Below are positions 10,501-18,829 of a DNA stretch of 46,284 bases, piece by piece; positions within the stretch are counted from its first letter, which is position 1, and each line of letters starts with the position of its first letter. The notes beneath the pieces are model-generated. The model made no database searches. It had not been told where the DNA came from and saw only the letters and a program-made list of their open reading frames with translations. Made by a program: the position numbers and the translations under genes. Source of the DNA: an uncultured Melioribacter sp. (GTDB taxonomy: Bacteria > Bacteroidota > Ignavibacteria > Ignavibacteriales > SURF-24); contig CAZIDB010000004.1 of NCBI GenBank assembly GCA_964537965.1, positions 1-46,284 of the forward strand. Direction: 5' to 3'.

Positions 10501-10812
10501 AAATTTATGCTCAGCTGAAGAGGTACCTACAGAATAACCTGCAATCCAGGCAAACGTAACCATTTTATTCGTGTTATCAGCTGGGACCGGATCAGTTGTC
10601 CATTCGATAAAATCATCATTATTGAAACAACGAATTAATAAAGCTAATTTTGCTTCCGGATGACAGGAATGATATGAAAGATTTTCACCCGCTATCTTAC
10701 CGGCAAAACCATTTATCCATTTTGTAGAGTACAGGACCTCATTATTTTCCTGTGCATTCATAAAAAAATTCATAAAGAAGACGGAGGCTAAAATGAAATA
10801 CTTTTTGTGCAT
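7501..10812 (-). CDS. GH38 alpha-mannosidase
   Basis: 1103-aa ORF with a signal peptide (MHKKYFILASVFFMNFFMNAQ). GH38 metal-site motif FYLIPHAHVDIGYT about 290 aa from the N-terminus. Size and layout match bacterial GH38. First gene of the minus-strand operon, with an 11-bp gap to GH20. Confidence 0.85.
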   Translation of the reverse strand: MHKKYFILASVFFMNFFMNAQENNEVLYSTKWINGFAGKIAGENLSYHSCHPEAKLALLIRCFNNDDFIEWTTDPVPADNTNKMVTFAWIAGYSVGTSSAEHKFFLYVNDKKIIEFSTTPKQNKKDWVITGENGAQLYFKFVNLDSVDDFFGYMLLTIPVELLGNKSIAQIKVKGDATNSKDWYMTMQYPMVSKTRISPQRVVAKDKDGNSFQQVKVSIDHFKQPVPVNLELEKESISSELKLGMNDLFLNYPAKTRTVETSIDIDINGEKNSYPVKIEPAKEITFYLIPHAHVDIGYTGLQTEIEKKHWDNFEKAIQYSKRSATYGNDALFKWNVEVLWAVKSYLETFPEKKKDFFDAVRKGWIGLDATYANVMTGLCRPEELYRLVEYSNQLEKENDIKIESAMISDIPGYTWGIVQAFADNGIKYFSVGTNEFDRIGNTLKTWGDKPFYWTSQSGKEKILIWLAGKGYSWFHSWRLTRDDLAPIAAYLNKLAEDEYPYNIVQARYNIGGDNGFPDSTLSDFVKNWNETHITPKFKIATTMELFKDFEEKYRDKIPTYSGDFTPYWEDGAASTAKETAMNRNSAELLNQLEVFYSLSDKKNFPQREFDEAWKYVLLFSEHTWGAWNSISDPEIKFVTDQWDIKKSYAIKADSIAQNLLKRFSNAVNPENPVDHFYVFNSSSWQRSDVVKISADVHTTGKTIADEEGTKIPTQILSNGDIVFTAKDIPPFSHRKYNFVSSNLELESKTETSANTISGKYYTIGVDENNSSVKLFSKNGSSINLVDTTNGLALNQFIHTGKNGENPSYVTVGKIINRENGDVLQSLTLQSEAKGCNSVTQQITLYNDLDKIDILNIIDKKKDYSKESIRFAFPFKIENPVSKIDLAWSVIEPEKNQLKGSNKNYFTVQRWIDISNDKLGFTLAANDAPFVEFGGMNAEAWMSSPDKEWFTKTASSSMCFSWAVNNSWHTNFKASQEGVTSFKYSLKAHNQFDYLSAYKFGVESSQPLLIVFNDEVTQNYEQMFKPDENSSLVVTNVKPTYTRNGYMIRIFNPTDKTSSSGFSYKGTSEAKVFLSNGDEEELQEIQNQIQLKPFEVITIKVKEN

Positions 10813-11201
10813 AATGTTTCCATTCCTTTAAAAAGTAAAAATAATCTGGAGTTAACTTGGAAAACAAACTAATTTTTATCGTCAATATTTTTTAAAAAAA
10901 TAATCTTGGGCTGGTACAAAATACGAGATTTTTATTTAAAAGAGAAGGGACGCCACTTTTCTCTAAAAATCAAGGATAATTTGCTTTTCATTCTGCTAAA
11001 TTATTTGTTATTTTTGTCCAGAGTATTATGTTTATTTCTATAAAATAAATACTACTCAGATTTTTCAGTTATCAAAGATGCCGGCTTAATGTAAACAATT
11101 GATTGCAAACTCATTACTGATTGTTGTATTTTCCGGAAAAAATATGTTACGAATCATTCTTTAAATAATAATTTTTCAATAGATAACCTAAAAGGATTTT
11201 T

Positions 11202-13127
11202 ATGAACCTTACTCTTATTGATTGGCTGATAGTTGTTGTCTGCATCGCAGTACTCTTTTTTGTAGTACGTTTAAGTAAAAGTTTTGTAAAAAGCGTTGTG
11301 GATTTTCTTTCGGCCGGAAGAACTGCCGGCAGATACATGATCACAGTTTCCCAGGGAATGGCAGCCATCGGAGCTATTACTATCGTTGGTCAGTGGGAAA
11401 TGAATTATGTGGCAGGCTTCGCATTAAGATGGTGGGAATTTACAATGGCAGTAGTGCTTTTAATGATTACAGTTTCCGGATGGGTTATCTACAGATTCCG
11501 GCAGACGCGGGCATTAACAATTGCACAATTCCTTGAAATGCGTTACAGCAGAAATTTCAGAATATTTGCCGGCATACTTGCATTTATCTCTGGTTTGTTA
11601 AATTTTGGTATTTTCCCCGCGGTAAGTGCAAGATTCATAATTTACTTTTGTGGTTTTCCGCTTAACTTTCAAATTATTGGTTTAAGCATTCCAACATTCC
11701 CGGTAGTAATGGCGTCATTCCTTTTAATTTCATTATACTTTGTTTTTTCAGGCGGACAGATTGCAGTTATTATTACAGAATTTATCCAGGGAATTTTTTC
11801 CAATCTTACTTTTCTTGTTATCATTATTATTTGCCTGTTTGTTGTAAACTGGGACCAGGTTTACCAGGCTGTTATTACAGCACCAACTGATGCTTCATTA
11901 ATAAATCCTTACAAGACAAGTGCAGTTCCCGATTTTAATTTCTGGTACTTTCTTATAAATGTAATCGGTGTTATCTATGTTAAGTTATCATGGCAGGGTT
12001 CACAGGGATTTAATTCCTCTGCAAAGAGTGCCCACGAAGCAAAGATGGGAGAAGTGCTTGGCAATCTTCGCGATATTCCGAAATGGTTATTCCTTGTTTT
12101 AATTCCTGTACTTGCTTATGCAATATTACATCACCCTGATTTTGCAAACACTGCTGCCTCTGTAAATCAGACTTTGTCTGGCGTTGGCAATGAAGCAATT
12201 CAAAGCCAGCTTCGTATTCCACTTGTACTTTCAAAAATATTGCCGGTTGGTGTAATGGGAGCTTTTCTTGCTGTTATGGTTATGGCTACAATAGGAACGC
12301 ATAATTCTTATATGCATTCCTGGGGCAGTATTTTTATTCAGGATGTAATTATGCCATTCAGAAAAAAAGCTTTTGAACCAGAACAGCATTTAAGAGTTTT
12401 AAGAATCTCTATACTTGGCGTCTGTATTTTTATCTTTGTGTTCAGTCTGGTATTTCCAATGACTGATTACATCTTTCTTTACTTTGCAATTACAGCAGCT
12501 ATTTTTGTCGGAGGCTCAGGCGCTGTAATAATAGGAGGTTTGTATTGGAAGAAAGGAACAACCGCCGCAGCTTGGAGCGCTTTAATTGTTGGTTCGGTTG
12601 TGTCTGTTGCAGGAATTATACTTCAGCAAATGATCAAGGATTTTCCGATCAACGGACAATATTTCTGGGGGATATCAATGGGTGTTTCTACTTTGGTTTA
12701 TATTATTGTTTCACTGCTTAACAGAAAAGATGATTTTAACATGGACAAAATGCTCCACAGGGGTGCATATGAAATTAAAGAAGAAACTGTTGTTGTGGAT
12801 GTAGTTCCTGTAAAAGGATTGAAGATGCTTGGAATGGGAAAAGAATTTACTAAAGGTGATAAGTTTATTTATCTTACCGCTTATACATGGACCTTCATCT
12901 GGGTAGTAGTTTTTATAATAGGAACAATCTTTAATCTTTCCGGTGATGTACCGGATTCCTCCTGGATGTCATTCTGGAAAATATTTGTTTATATAAATCT
13001 TGCTGCTTCATTCGTTATTATTATCTGGTTTGCTTTTGGTGGAATTAAAGATTTTAAAGAGATGATGCACAGGCTTAGAACTATGGTGCGCGATCATAAA
13101 GATGACGGAACAGTAAAACATTCTTAA
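11202..13127 (+). CDS. Sodium:solute symporter (SSF) family inner-membrane transporter
   Basis: 641-aa ORF that is hydrophobic throughout, with many predicted TM helices. SSF-like N-terminus (DWLIVVVCIAVLFFVV..FLSAGR) and the GGLYWKKGT segment. Sits at the head of the plus-strand gene series. Confidence 0.8.
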   Translation: MNLTLIDWLIVVVCIAVLFFVVRLSKSFVKSVVDFLSAGRTAGRYMITVSQGMAAIGAITIVGQWEMNYVAGFALRWWEFTMAVVLLMITVSGWVIYRFRQTRALTIAQFLEMRYSRNFRIFAGILAFISGLLNFGIFPAVSARFIIYFCGFPLNFQIIGLSIPTFPVVMASFLLISLYFVFSGGQIAVIITEFIQGIFSNLTFLVIIIICLFVVNWDQVYQAVITAPTDASLINPYKTSAVPDFNFWYFLINVIGVIYVKLSWQGSQGFNSSAKSAHEAKMGEVLGNLRDIPKWLFLVLIPVLAYAILHHPDFANTAASVNQTLSGVGNEAIQSQLRIPLVLSKILPVGVMGAFLAVMVMATIGTHNSYMHSWGSIFIQDVIMPFRKKAFEPEQHLRVLRISILGVCIFIFVFSLVFPMTDYIFLYFAITAAIFVGGSGAVIIGGLYWKKGTTAAAWSALIVGSVVSVAGIILQQMIKDFPINGQYFWGISMGVSTLVYIIVSLLNRKDDFNMDKMLHRGAYEIKEETVVVDVVPVKGLKMLGMGKEFTKGDKFIYLTAYTWTFIWVVVFIIGTIFNLSGDVPDSSWMSFWKIFVYINLAASFVIIIWFAFGGIKDFKEMMHRLRTMVRDHKDDGTVKHS

Positions 13128-13211
13128 ATTCTTTTTATAGAAAACTAAATATTATTGATCATTGCCGTCAGTTTTAACTGACGGATCAAAAAGTAAAATT
13201 TCCTGCTTTAG

Positions 13212-13250
13212 CCTGCTTAACTAGATTAGGCTTAAGCAGGATTATATTTT
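13212..13250 (+). terminator. Possible rho-independent terminator/attenuating hairpin after the SSF gene
   Basis: cctgcttaa (13212-13220) pairs perfectly over 9 bp with ttaagcagg (13232-13240) around an 11-nt loop. It is followed by attatatttt. A second hairpin, ccgtcag/ctgacgg (13165-13184), lies just upstream and has no T-run. Confidence 0.4.
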
Positions 13251-13297
13251 AAAAATGGAAAATCCCAAATAAGTTTGAATATAACAGGAGAACACTC

Positions 13298-15802
13298 ATG
13301 AATAGACTTGTCATTACTACCCTTCTATTTTTTTCTTCATTAACAATCATAACCGGTCAGTCTGCTGATTCTGTCATTCTAAAACAAGGACTGATGATTA
13401 AGCTTAATGAGATTTATACCAACAAAGTTATAGCATCTGATGTGATTGCTGCTTTGGTTGAGACAGATAAGTTCGAAACTCCAAAAGAAAATGAAGCACT
13501 TAAATTTAATGATGAACAGGTTGGTGTATGGAAGAAAATCGTTTCCAACGATAACGGCTGGTTTATAAATGATACTCTATACAATGCATATGTATACCTG
13601 CAATACAAATCCGATAAAAATGAAATCATACTTTTAGAGGCAATGGGACACAGCGTTGCTTATGTAAACGGAGTAGCACATTCAGGCAATCCTTACAGAA
13701 CTCAGGATAATTTTGAATCCTGGGGACCAAGGTTTGACTATTCACTCATTCCTGTTAAAGTAAATAAAGGAAATAATGATTTATTATTCGGCTGCAACCG
13801 TGCCGGAGTTCTAAAAGTAAAAATTCATACTAATAAAAAAGGATTATACTTTGTTAACCAGGATCTTACTTCCCCGGATATTATTATAGGTGAAGCTGCA
13901 AACGCTTTCGGAGCTATCCCGGTAATTAATGCAACAGATGAAACATTGAAAGGTTTATCAATTAAAACCTGGAGCGAAGGCACTGCACCGGAATATTATT
14001 CTGTTAAACAAATCAACCCAGTATCAATTTTTAAAACTCCGTTTTTAATTAAACTTCCTGCACAAAACAACCAGGGAAAAATTAAATTCAACATAGAGCT
14101 TGTAAGAAAAGATAATTCAAAAGATGAAGTTCTTGCATCAACAGTTATCGAACTGAATGTTTTACCATCCACAGAAAAACACAAAGAAACATTTATAAGC
14201 AATCTTGACGGAAGCGTTCAGTATTATGGTGTAACTCCTGCGGTTAATCTTCCAAAAGGAACAAAGCCCGCTTTGTTTTTAAGTTTACATGGAGCAGGTG
14301 TCGAGGCAATAAACCAGGCACAGGCTTATAATTTTAAAAACTGGGGATACATTGTATGCCCAACTAATCGCCGCCCGTACGGCTACAACTGGGAGAACTG
14401 GGGCAGACTTGACGGACTTGAGGTTTACAATCTTGCAAAAAAGAAATTCAACATTGATGATAACAGGGTTTACCTTACCGGTCATTCAATGGGCGGGCAT
14501 GGTACCTGGCAGCTCGGAATTAATTACCCGGATAAATTTGCTGCCCTTGGTCCAAGTGCTGGGTGGATAAGTATCTGGTCGTACAGAATAAGACCAACAA
14601 TGGATTCTTCTGATATTAAAAAAATGCTGCTCCGCTCAACAAAGCACAGTGATACTTATGCCTTTACAACCAACTTAAAACCAAACGGCATTTATATTCT
14701 TCACGGTGATGCTGATGATAATGTTCCACCTGAACAGGCAAGATCAATGGTTGAGAATCTTTCTAAATTCCATAAAGATTTTATTTTTTATGAAGAACCA
14801 GGTGTTGGTCATTGGTGGGATAATTCCGATGAACCGGGAGCCGATTGCGTAGACTGGATGCCAATGTTTGACTTCTTCTCTCATCATTCTGTGCCTGATA
14901 ATAATAAAGTACGTTCAATTGATTTTGTCACTGCTAACCTTGCTATCACTTCAAGCAATTACTGGATTGAAATTTTAAACCAGGTTAAACAGCAGATGAT
15001 GAGCAGAATTAATATTCATCTTGAACCGGGTAACAGAAAGTTTGTTGGCACCACAAGTAATATTCTACGATTAGCTATTGATGCATCAATGTTAACAAAC
15101 GATGCTCCTGTTTCTGTAAATCTTGATGATCAATTAATTGCAGATATAAAGTTACCTGCTGACAATAGAATCTATCTTTATAATAATAATGGTAAATGGG
15201 AAGTAAGCAGCAAACAAGGCGAAGAAAATAAATACCCTGGCCGCCTTGGTAACTTTAGAGAAGTATTGAATAACAATGTTGTTTTTGTTTATGGTACAAA
15301 CGGCAGCAAAGATGAAAACAAGTGGGCTTACGAAAAAGCAAGATACGATGCCGAGAAGATCTGGTACCAGGGAAACGGCAGCATCGAAATAATAACCGAT
15401 GAACAATTTGATGCTACTGTATATAAAGACAGAAATGTTGTTCTGTTCGGTAATTCGGAAACAAATTCTGCCTGGACAAAACTACTTAAAGATTCTCCTG
15501 TTCAGATAGATAACAAAAAAATTAAAATAGGGGAAAAGGAAATTAAAGGAAAAGATTTAGCTTGTTTAATGATCCGCCCGAGGACAGACAGCAAGATTGC
15601 AAGTGTTGCAGTTGTGGCAGGAACAGGTTTGGAAGGAATGCAGCTAGCAAATCTTGCACAGCATTCACACCCTTATCTTAGTTTTCCGGATATAGTTGTT
15701 TATAATTCAGGTGTTCTTCAATTTGATGAAAAAGGCGTTAAGTTTGTAGGTTACTTTGGTAATGACTGGTCGCTTCACAATGGTGAGTTTATAAATCAAT
15801 AA
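13298..15802 (+). CDS. Secreted alpha/beta-hydrolase (S9 peptidase / esterase-like) with N- and C-terminal accessory domains
   Basis: 834-aa ORF with a signal peptide. Nucleophile elbow YLTGHSMGGHGTW. Acid and base candidates are ILHGDADDNVP and GVGHWWD, in the order expected for a Ser-Asp-His triad. N-terminal ~300 aa beta-sandwich-like region (LLEAMGHSVAYVNGV). Confidence 0.65.
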   Translation: MNRLVITTLLFFSSLTIITGQSADSVILKQGLMIKLNEIYTNKVIASDVIAALVETDKFETPKENEALKFNDEQVGVWKKIVSNDNGWFINDTLYNAYVYLQYKSDKNEIILLEAMGHSVAYVNGVAHSGNPYRTQDNFESWGPRFDYSLIPVKVNKGNNDLLFGCNRAGVLKVKIHTNKKGLYFVNQDLTSPDIIIGEAANAFGAIPVINATDETLKGLSIKTWSEGTAPEYYSVKQINPVSIFKTPFLIKLPAQNNQGKIKFNIELVRKDNSKDEVLASTVIELNVLPSTEKHKETFISNLDGSVQYYGVTPAVNLPKGTKPALFLSLHGAGVEAINQAQAYNFKNWGYIVCPTNRRPYGYNWENWGRLDGLEVYNLAKKKFNIDDNRVYLTGHSMGGHGTWQLGINYPDKFAALGPSAGWISIWSYRIRPTMDSSDIKKMLLRSTKHSDTYAFTTNLKPNGIYILHGDADDNVPPEQARSMVENLSKFHKDFIFYEEPGVGHWWDNSDEPGADCVDWMPMFDFFSHHSVPDNNKVRSIDFVTANLAITSSNYWIEILNQVKQQMMSRINIHLEPGNRKFVGTTSNILRLAIDASMLTNDAPVSVNLDDQLIADIKLPADNRIYLYNNNGKWEVSSKQGEENKYPGRLGNFREVLNNNVVFVYGTNGSKDENKWAYEKARYDAEKIWYQGNGSIEIITDEQFDATVYKDRNVVLFGNSETNSAWTKLLKDSPVQIDNKKIKIGEKEIKGKDLACLMIRPRTDSKIASVAVVAGTGLEGMQLANLAQHSHPYLSFPDIVVYNSGVLQFDEKGVKFVGYFGNDWSLHNGEFINQ

Positions 15803-15817
15803 TTCGACGGAGTTTAA

Positions 15818-18769
15818 ATGCATAAGAATATATTCCTTCAGGCACTTATTGTTGTAATTATTTTTTCAGTATCTGTTACTGCACAGAAAAAATTAACCGA
15901 ATATGTTAATCCCAAAATCGGAACCGATGCACACGGACACACTTATCCCGGTGCAGCTTTACCCTTTGGTATGGTACAGCTTAGTCCTGATAATGATATT
16001 AAAGACTGGGACTGGTGCTCTGGCTACCATTATTCAGATAATTCAATAATGGGATTCAGCCACACACATTTAAGCGGCACTGGCTGTGCTGATTATGGCG
16101 ATATTCTTTTTATGCCAACTACCGGAGAATTAAAAACTAATCCAGGGGATAAAAAAATTCCCCGTTCAGGTTACCGCTCTCAATTCAAACATGAAAATGA
16201 AATTGCCAAAGCAGGATACTATTCAGTTCTGTTAGAAGATTATAATATAAAAGCTGAATTAACTGTAACCAAGCATGCCGGTTTTCATAAGTACACTTTT
16301 CCTAAGTCAGGTCAGTCTCATGTGATTCTTGATCTTGTCCACGGAATTGAAACGCAGGTAAAGGAAGCTGAAATTAAATTTGTGAATGATAAAACCATTG
16401 AAGGTTATAAAAGAGTAAGCGGCTGGGCTGCTGACAGAAATGTTTACTTTGTTGCAGAATTTTCGAAACCGTTTAAATCATTCGGAATAATTCAGGATGA
16501 TAAAAATCTGGGTGACTCAAAAACTGCAAAAGGAAAATTTCTAAAAGCTTTTGTTGATTATGAAACCAATGAGAATGAAGCAGTTCTGCTTAAAGTAGGA
16601 ATATCTTTTGTAAGTGTTGATGGTGCGAGGAAAAATCTGGCAGCAGAAATAACGGGCTGGGATTTTGAAAAGATTAGAAATGCAGCTGATGATATTTGGG
16701 AAAAAGAATTATCCAAAATAACAGTTGAAAGTTCTGACGAAAAAGAAAACACAGTATTCTACACTGCAATGTACCATTCATTACTAACACCAAACACTTT
16801 CTCTGATGTTGACGGTAAATATTATGGAATGGACAGAAAGATTCATACCGTTAAAGATTCGGAAATCTTCACAGTATTTTCTTTATGGGATACCTTTCGT
16901 GCTGAACATCCGTTGTTTACTATAATAGATCCGGAACGTGATCTTGACATGGTAAAATCCCTAATTGCAAAATATGAAGAATCAGGTTTGCTGCCCGTTT
17001 GGGAACTGGCTTCAAATGAAACAGGAACAATGATTGGTTACCACTCAATTCCTGTTATAGCTGATGCATACTTTAAAGGCATTAAAGGTTTTGATGCCGA
17101 AAAAGCTTTTGAAGCGATGAAGAAAAGTGCAATGGAAAATAAAAATGGTCTGTCATTTTACAAAGAATATGGGTACATCCCGTCAGATCTTGAACATGAA
17201 AGCGTATCAAAAACTTTAGAATATGCTTACGACGACTGGTGTATTGCAAAGATGGCAAAAGCTCTTGGCAAAGAAGAGGATTATAATTATTTCATCAATC
17301 GCGCAAAGTTTTATGTAAATGTATTTGATCCATTAACATCTTTAATGCGTGCAAAGAAAAACGGCAGATGGTTTGAACCTTTCGATCCTTATTCTGTAAG
17401 CGGCAATTACACTGAAGCCAATGCATGGCAATACAGCTTTTTTGTACCACAGGATGTTAATGGTTTAATTACTCTGATGGACGGTGACGAAAAATTTATT
17501 CAGAAGCTGGATGAATTGTTTACAACTAATCCTCAGCTTACAGGAAGATTTCAATCCGATATTACCGGATTGATTGGACAATATGCTCATGGTAATGAAC
17601 CAAGTCACCATATGGCTTATCTTTATAATTATGCCGGCGCTCCGTGGAAAACACAGGAAAGAGTTTACGATATACTTACAAAGCTTTACACAGATAAACC
17701 GGATGGACTTTGCGGTAATGATGACTGCGGTCAAATGTCTGCATGGTATGTTCTAAGCGCATCAGGGTTTTATCCTGTTTGCCCCGGCAACGATGAATAT
17801 GTTCTAGGAACACCTCATTTCAAAAAAATCACAATCAATACCGGCGGTAACAAAAAATTTGTAATTACTGCGAACAATTTTTCTGAGAAGAATTATTATG
17901 TACAATCAGTAAAATTAAATGGTAAAGATTATCCTTATACTTTCATAAAGCATTCTGATATTACCAACGGCGGAGAACTTATTTTTGAGATGGGATCAAA
18001 ACCATCGGAATGGGGAAAGGAAATTTCCGCAAGACCAAAATCAATTATTGATGTTGATTTTATACCTGTACCCTACCTAACCTCAGGCGAAAGAGTTTTC
18101 AAAGATGAAGCGGTTATTACAATTTCATCAGTCGATCAGGATTCGGAAATTTTTTATTCTATAGACGGATCAAATCCAACCGACAAAAAAAATAAATACA
18201 CTTCGACAATTACATTAAAAAATACTACTGAATTGAAAGCAGTCAGCTTTAAAAACGGAAACTTCAGCAAAGTTGTAACTGCCAGCTTCAACAAGCTGCC
18301 GGAAGGCCGGAGTATAAAGCTTAATGCACAGTATCATCATAATTATACAGGCGGCGGCCCAAATGGATTGATTGACGGAATAACAGGCACAGACAATTTT
18401 CATACTGACGCATGGCAAGGGTATGAAGGAGTTGACCTTGATGCAGTTATTGATCTTGGTAAGATTGAAAAAGTAAAATCCATAAAAGCAAACTTTCTGC
18501 AGAATACCGGCTCCTGGATATTTTTCCCTGCGTATATTGAATACTCAGTTTCAGCAGATGGAAACAATTTTACACCGGCAGGAAGTTTTAATTATAAAGT
18601 TGACGAGACAAAACCAGAACAAGGTTTGAAAAGTTTTGAGAAATCACTAGAAGGAATTGAAGCGAGATATGTAAAAGTTTTTGCTAAAAATGTAGGTATT
18701 TGCCCACAGTGGCATCCAGGCAAGGGAAGTAAAGCCTGGTTATTTATTGATGAAATTTCCATTAAGTAA
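15818..18769 (+). CDS. GH92 alpha-mannosidase with C-terminal CHB_HEX_C-like and F5/8 type C domains
   Basis: 983-aa ORF with a signal peptide. GH92 signatures are NPKIGTDAHGHTYPGAALPFGMVQLSPD, GFSHTHLSGTG, YAHGNEPSHHMAYLY and CGNDDCGQMSAWYV. The tail has SEIFYSIDGSNPTD followed by a discoidin domain ending ICPQWHPGKGSKAWLFIDEISIK. Confidence 0.92.
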   Translation: MHKNIFLQALIVVIIFSVSVTAQKKLTEYVNPKIGTDAHGHTYPGAALPFGMVQLSPDNDIKDWDWCSGYHYSDNSIMGFSHTHLSGTGCADYGDILFMPTTGELKTNPGDKKIPRSGYRSQFKHENEIAKAGYYSVLLEDYNIKAELTVTKHAGFHKYTFPKSGQSHVILDLVHGIETQVKEAEIKFVNDKTIEGYKRVSGWAADRNVYFVAEFSKPFKSFGIIQDDKNLGDSKTAKGKFLKAFVDYETNENEAVLLKVGISFVSVDGARKNLAAEITGWDFEKIRNAADDIWEKELSKITVESSDEKENTVFYTAMYHSLLTPNTFSDVDGKYYGMDRKIHTVKDSEIFTVFSLWDTFRAEHPLFTIIDPERDLDMVKSLIAKYEESGLLPVWELASNETGTMIGYHSIPVIADAYFKGIKGFDAEKAFEAMKKSAMENKNGLSFYKEYGYIPSDLEHESVSKTLEYAYDDWCIAKMAKALGKEEDYNYFINRAKFYVNVFDPLTSLMRAKKNGRWFEPFDPYSVSGNYTEANAWQYSFFVPQDVNGLITLMDGDEKFIQKLDELFTTNPQLTGRFQSDITGLIGQYAHGNEPSHHMAYLYNYAGAPWKTQERVYDILTKLYTDKPDGLCGNDDCGQMSAWYVLSASGFYPVCPGNDEYVLGTPHFKKITINTGGNKKFVITANNFSEKNYYVQSVKLNGKDYPYTFIKHSDITNGGELIFEMGSKPSEWGKEISARPKSIIDVDFIPVPYLTSGERVFKDEAVITISSVDQDSEIFYSIDGSNPTDKKNKYTSTITLKNTTELKAVSFKNGNFSKVVTASFNKLPEGRSIKLNAQYHHNYTGGGPNGLIDGITGTDNFHTDAWQGYEGVDLDAVIDLGKIEKVKSIKANFLQNTGSWIFFPAYIEYSVSADGNNFTPAGSFNYKVDETKPEQGLKSFEKSLEGIEARYVKVFAKNVGICPQWHPGKGSKAWLFIDEISIK

Positions 18770-18812
18770 TTGTTCATTAAAAATATAATTCACTAAATTT
18801 GCAATCGATAAA

Positions 18813-18829
18813 AATATCATAGTGATATT
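18813..18829. promoter_or_regulatory. Perfect 7-3-7 palindrome abutting the ROK start codon (candidate operator)
   Basis: aatatca tag tgatatt read directly. It ends one base before the ATG at 18830. No second copy was found in the other intergenic regions of the window. Confidence 0.3.

Noticed and set aside
11009-11016. TATTTTTG, a match to the Bacteroidota -7 promoter consensus TAnnTTTG, with a TTTG at 10980-10983
   Set aside because: The gap between the two elements (25 bp) is longer than the ~19-21 bp I recall for that promoter type. The organism's promoter grammar is unknown, and the motif is expected by chance in AT-rich DNA.
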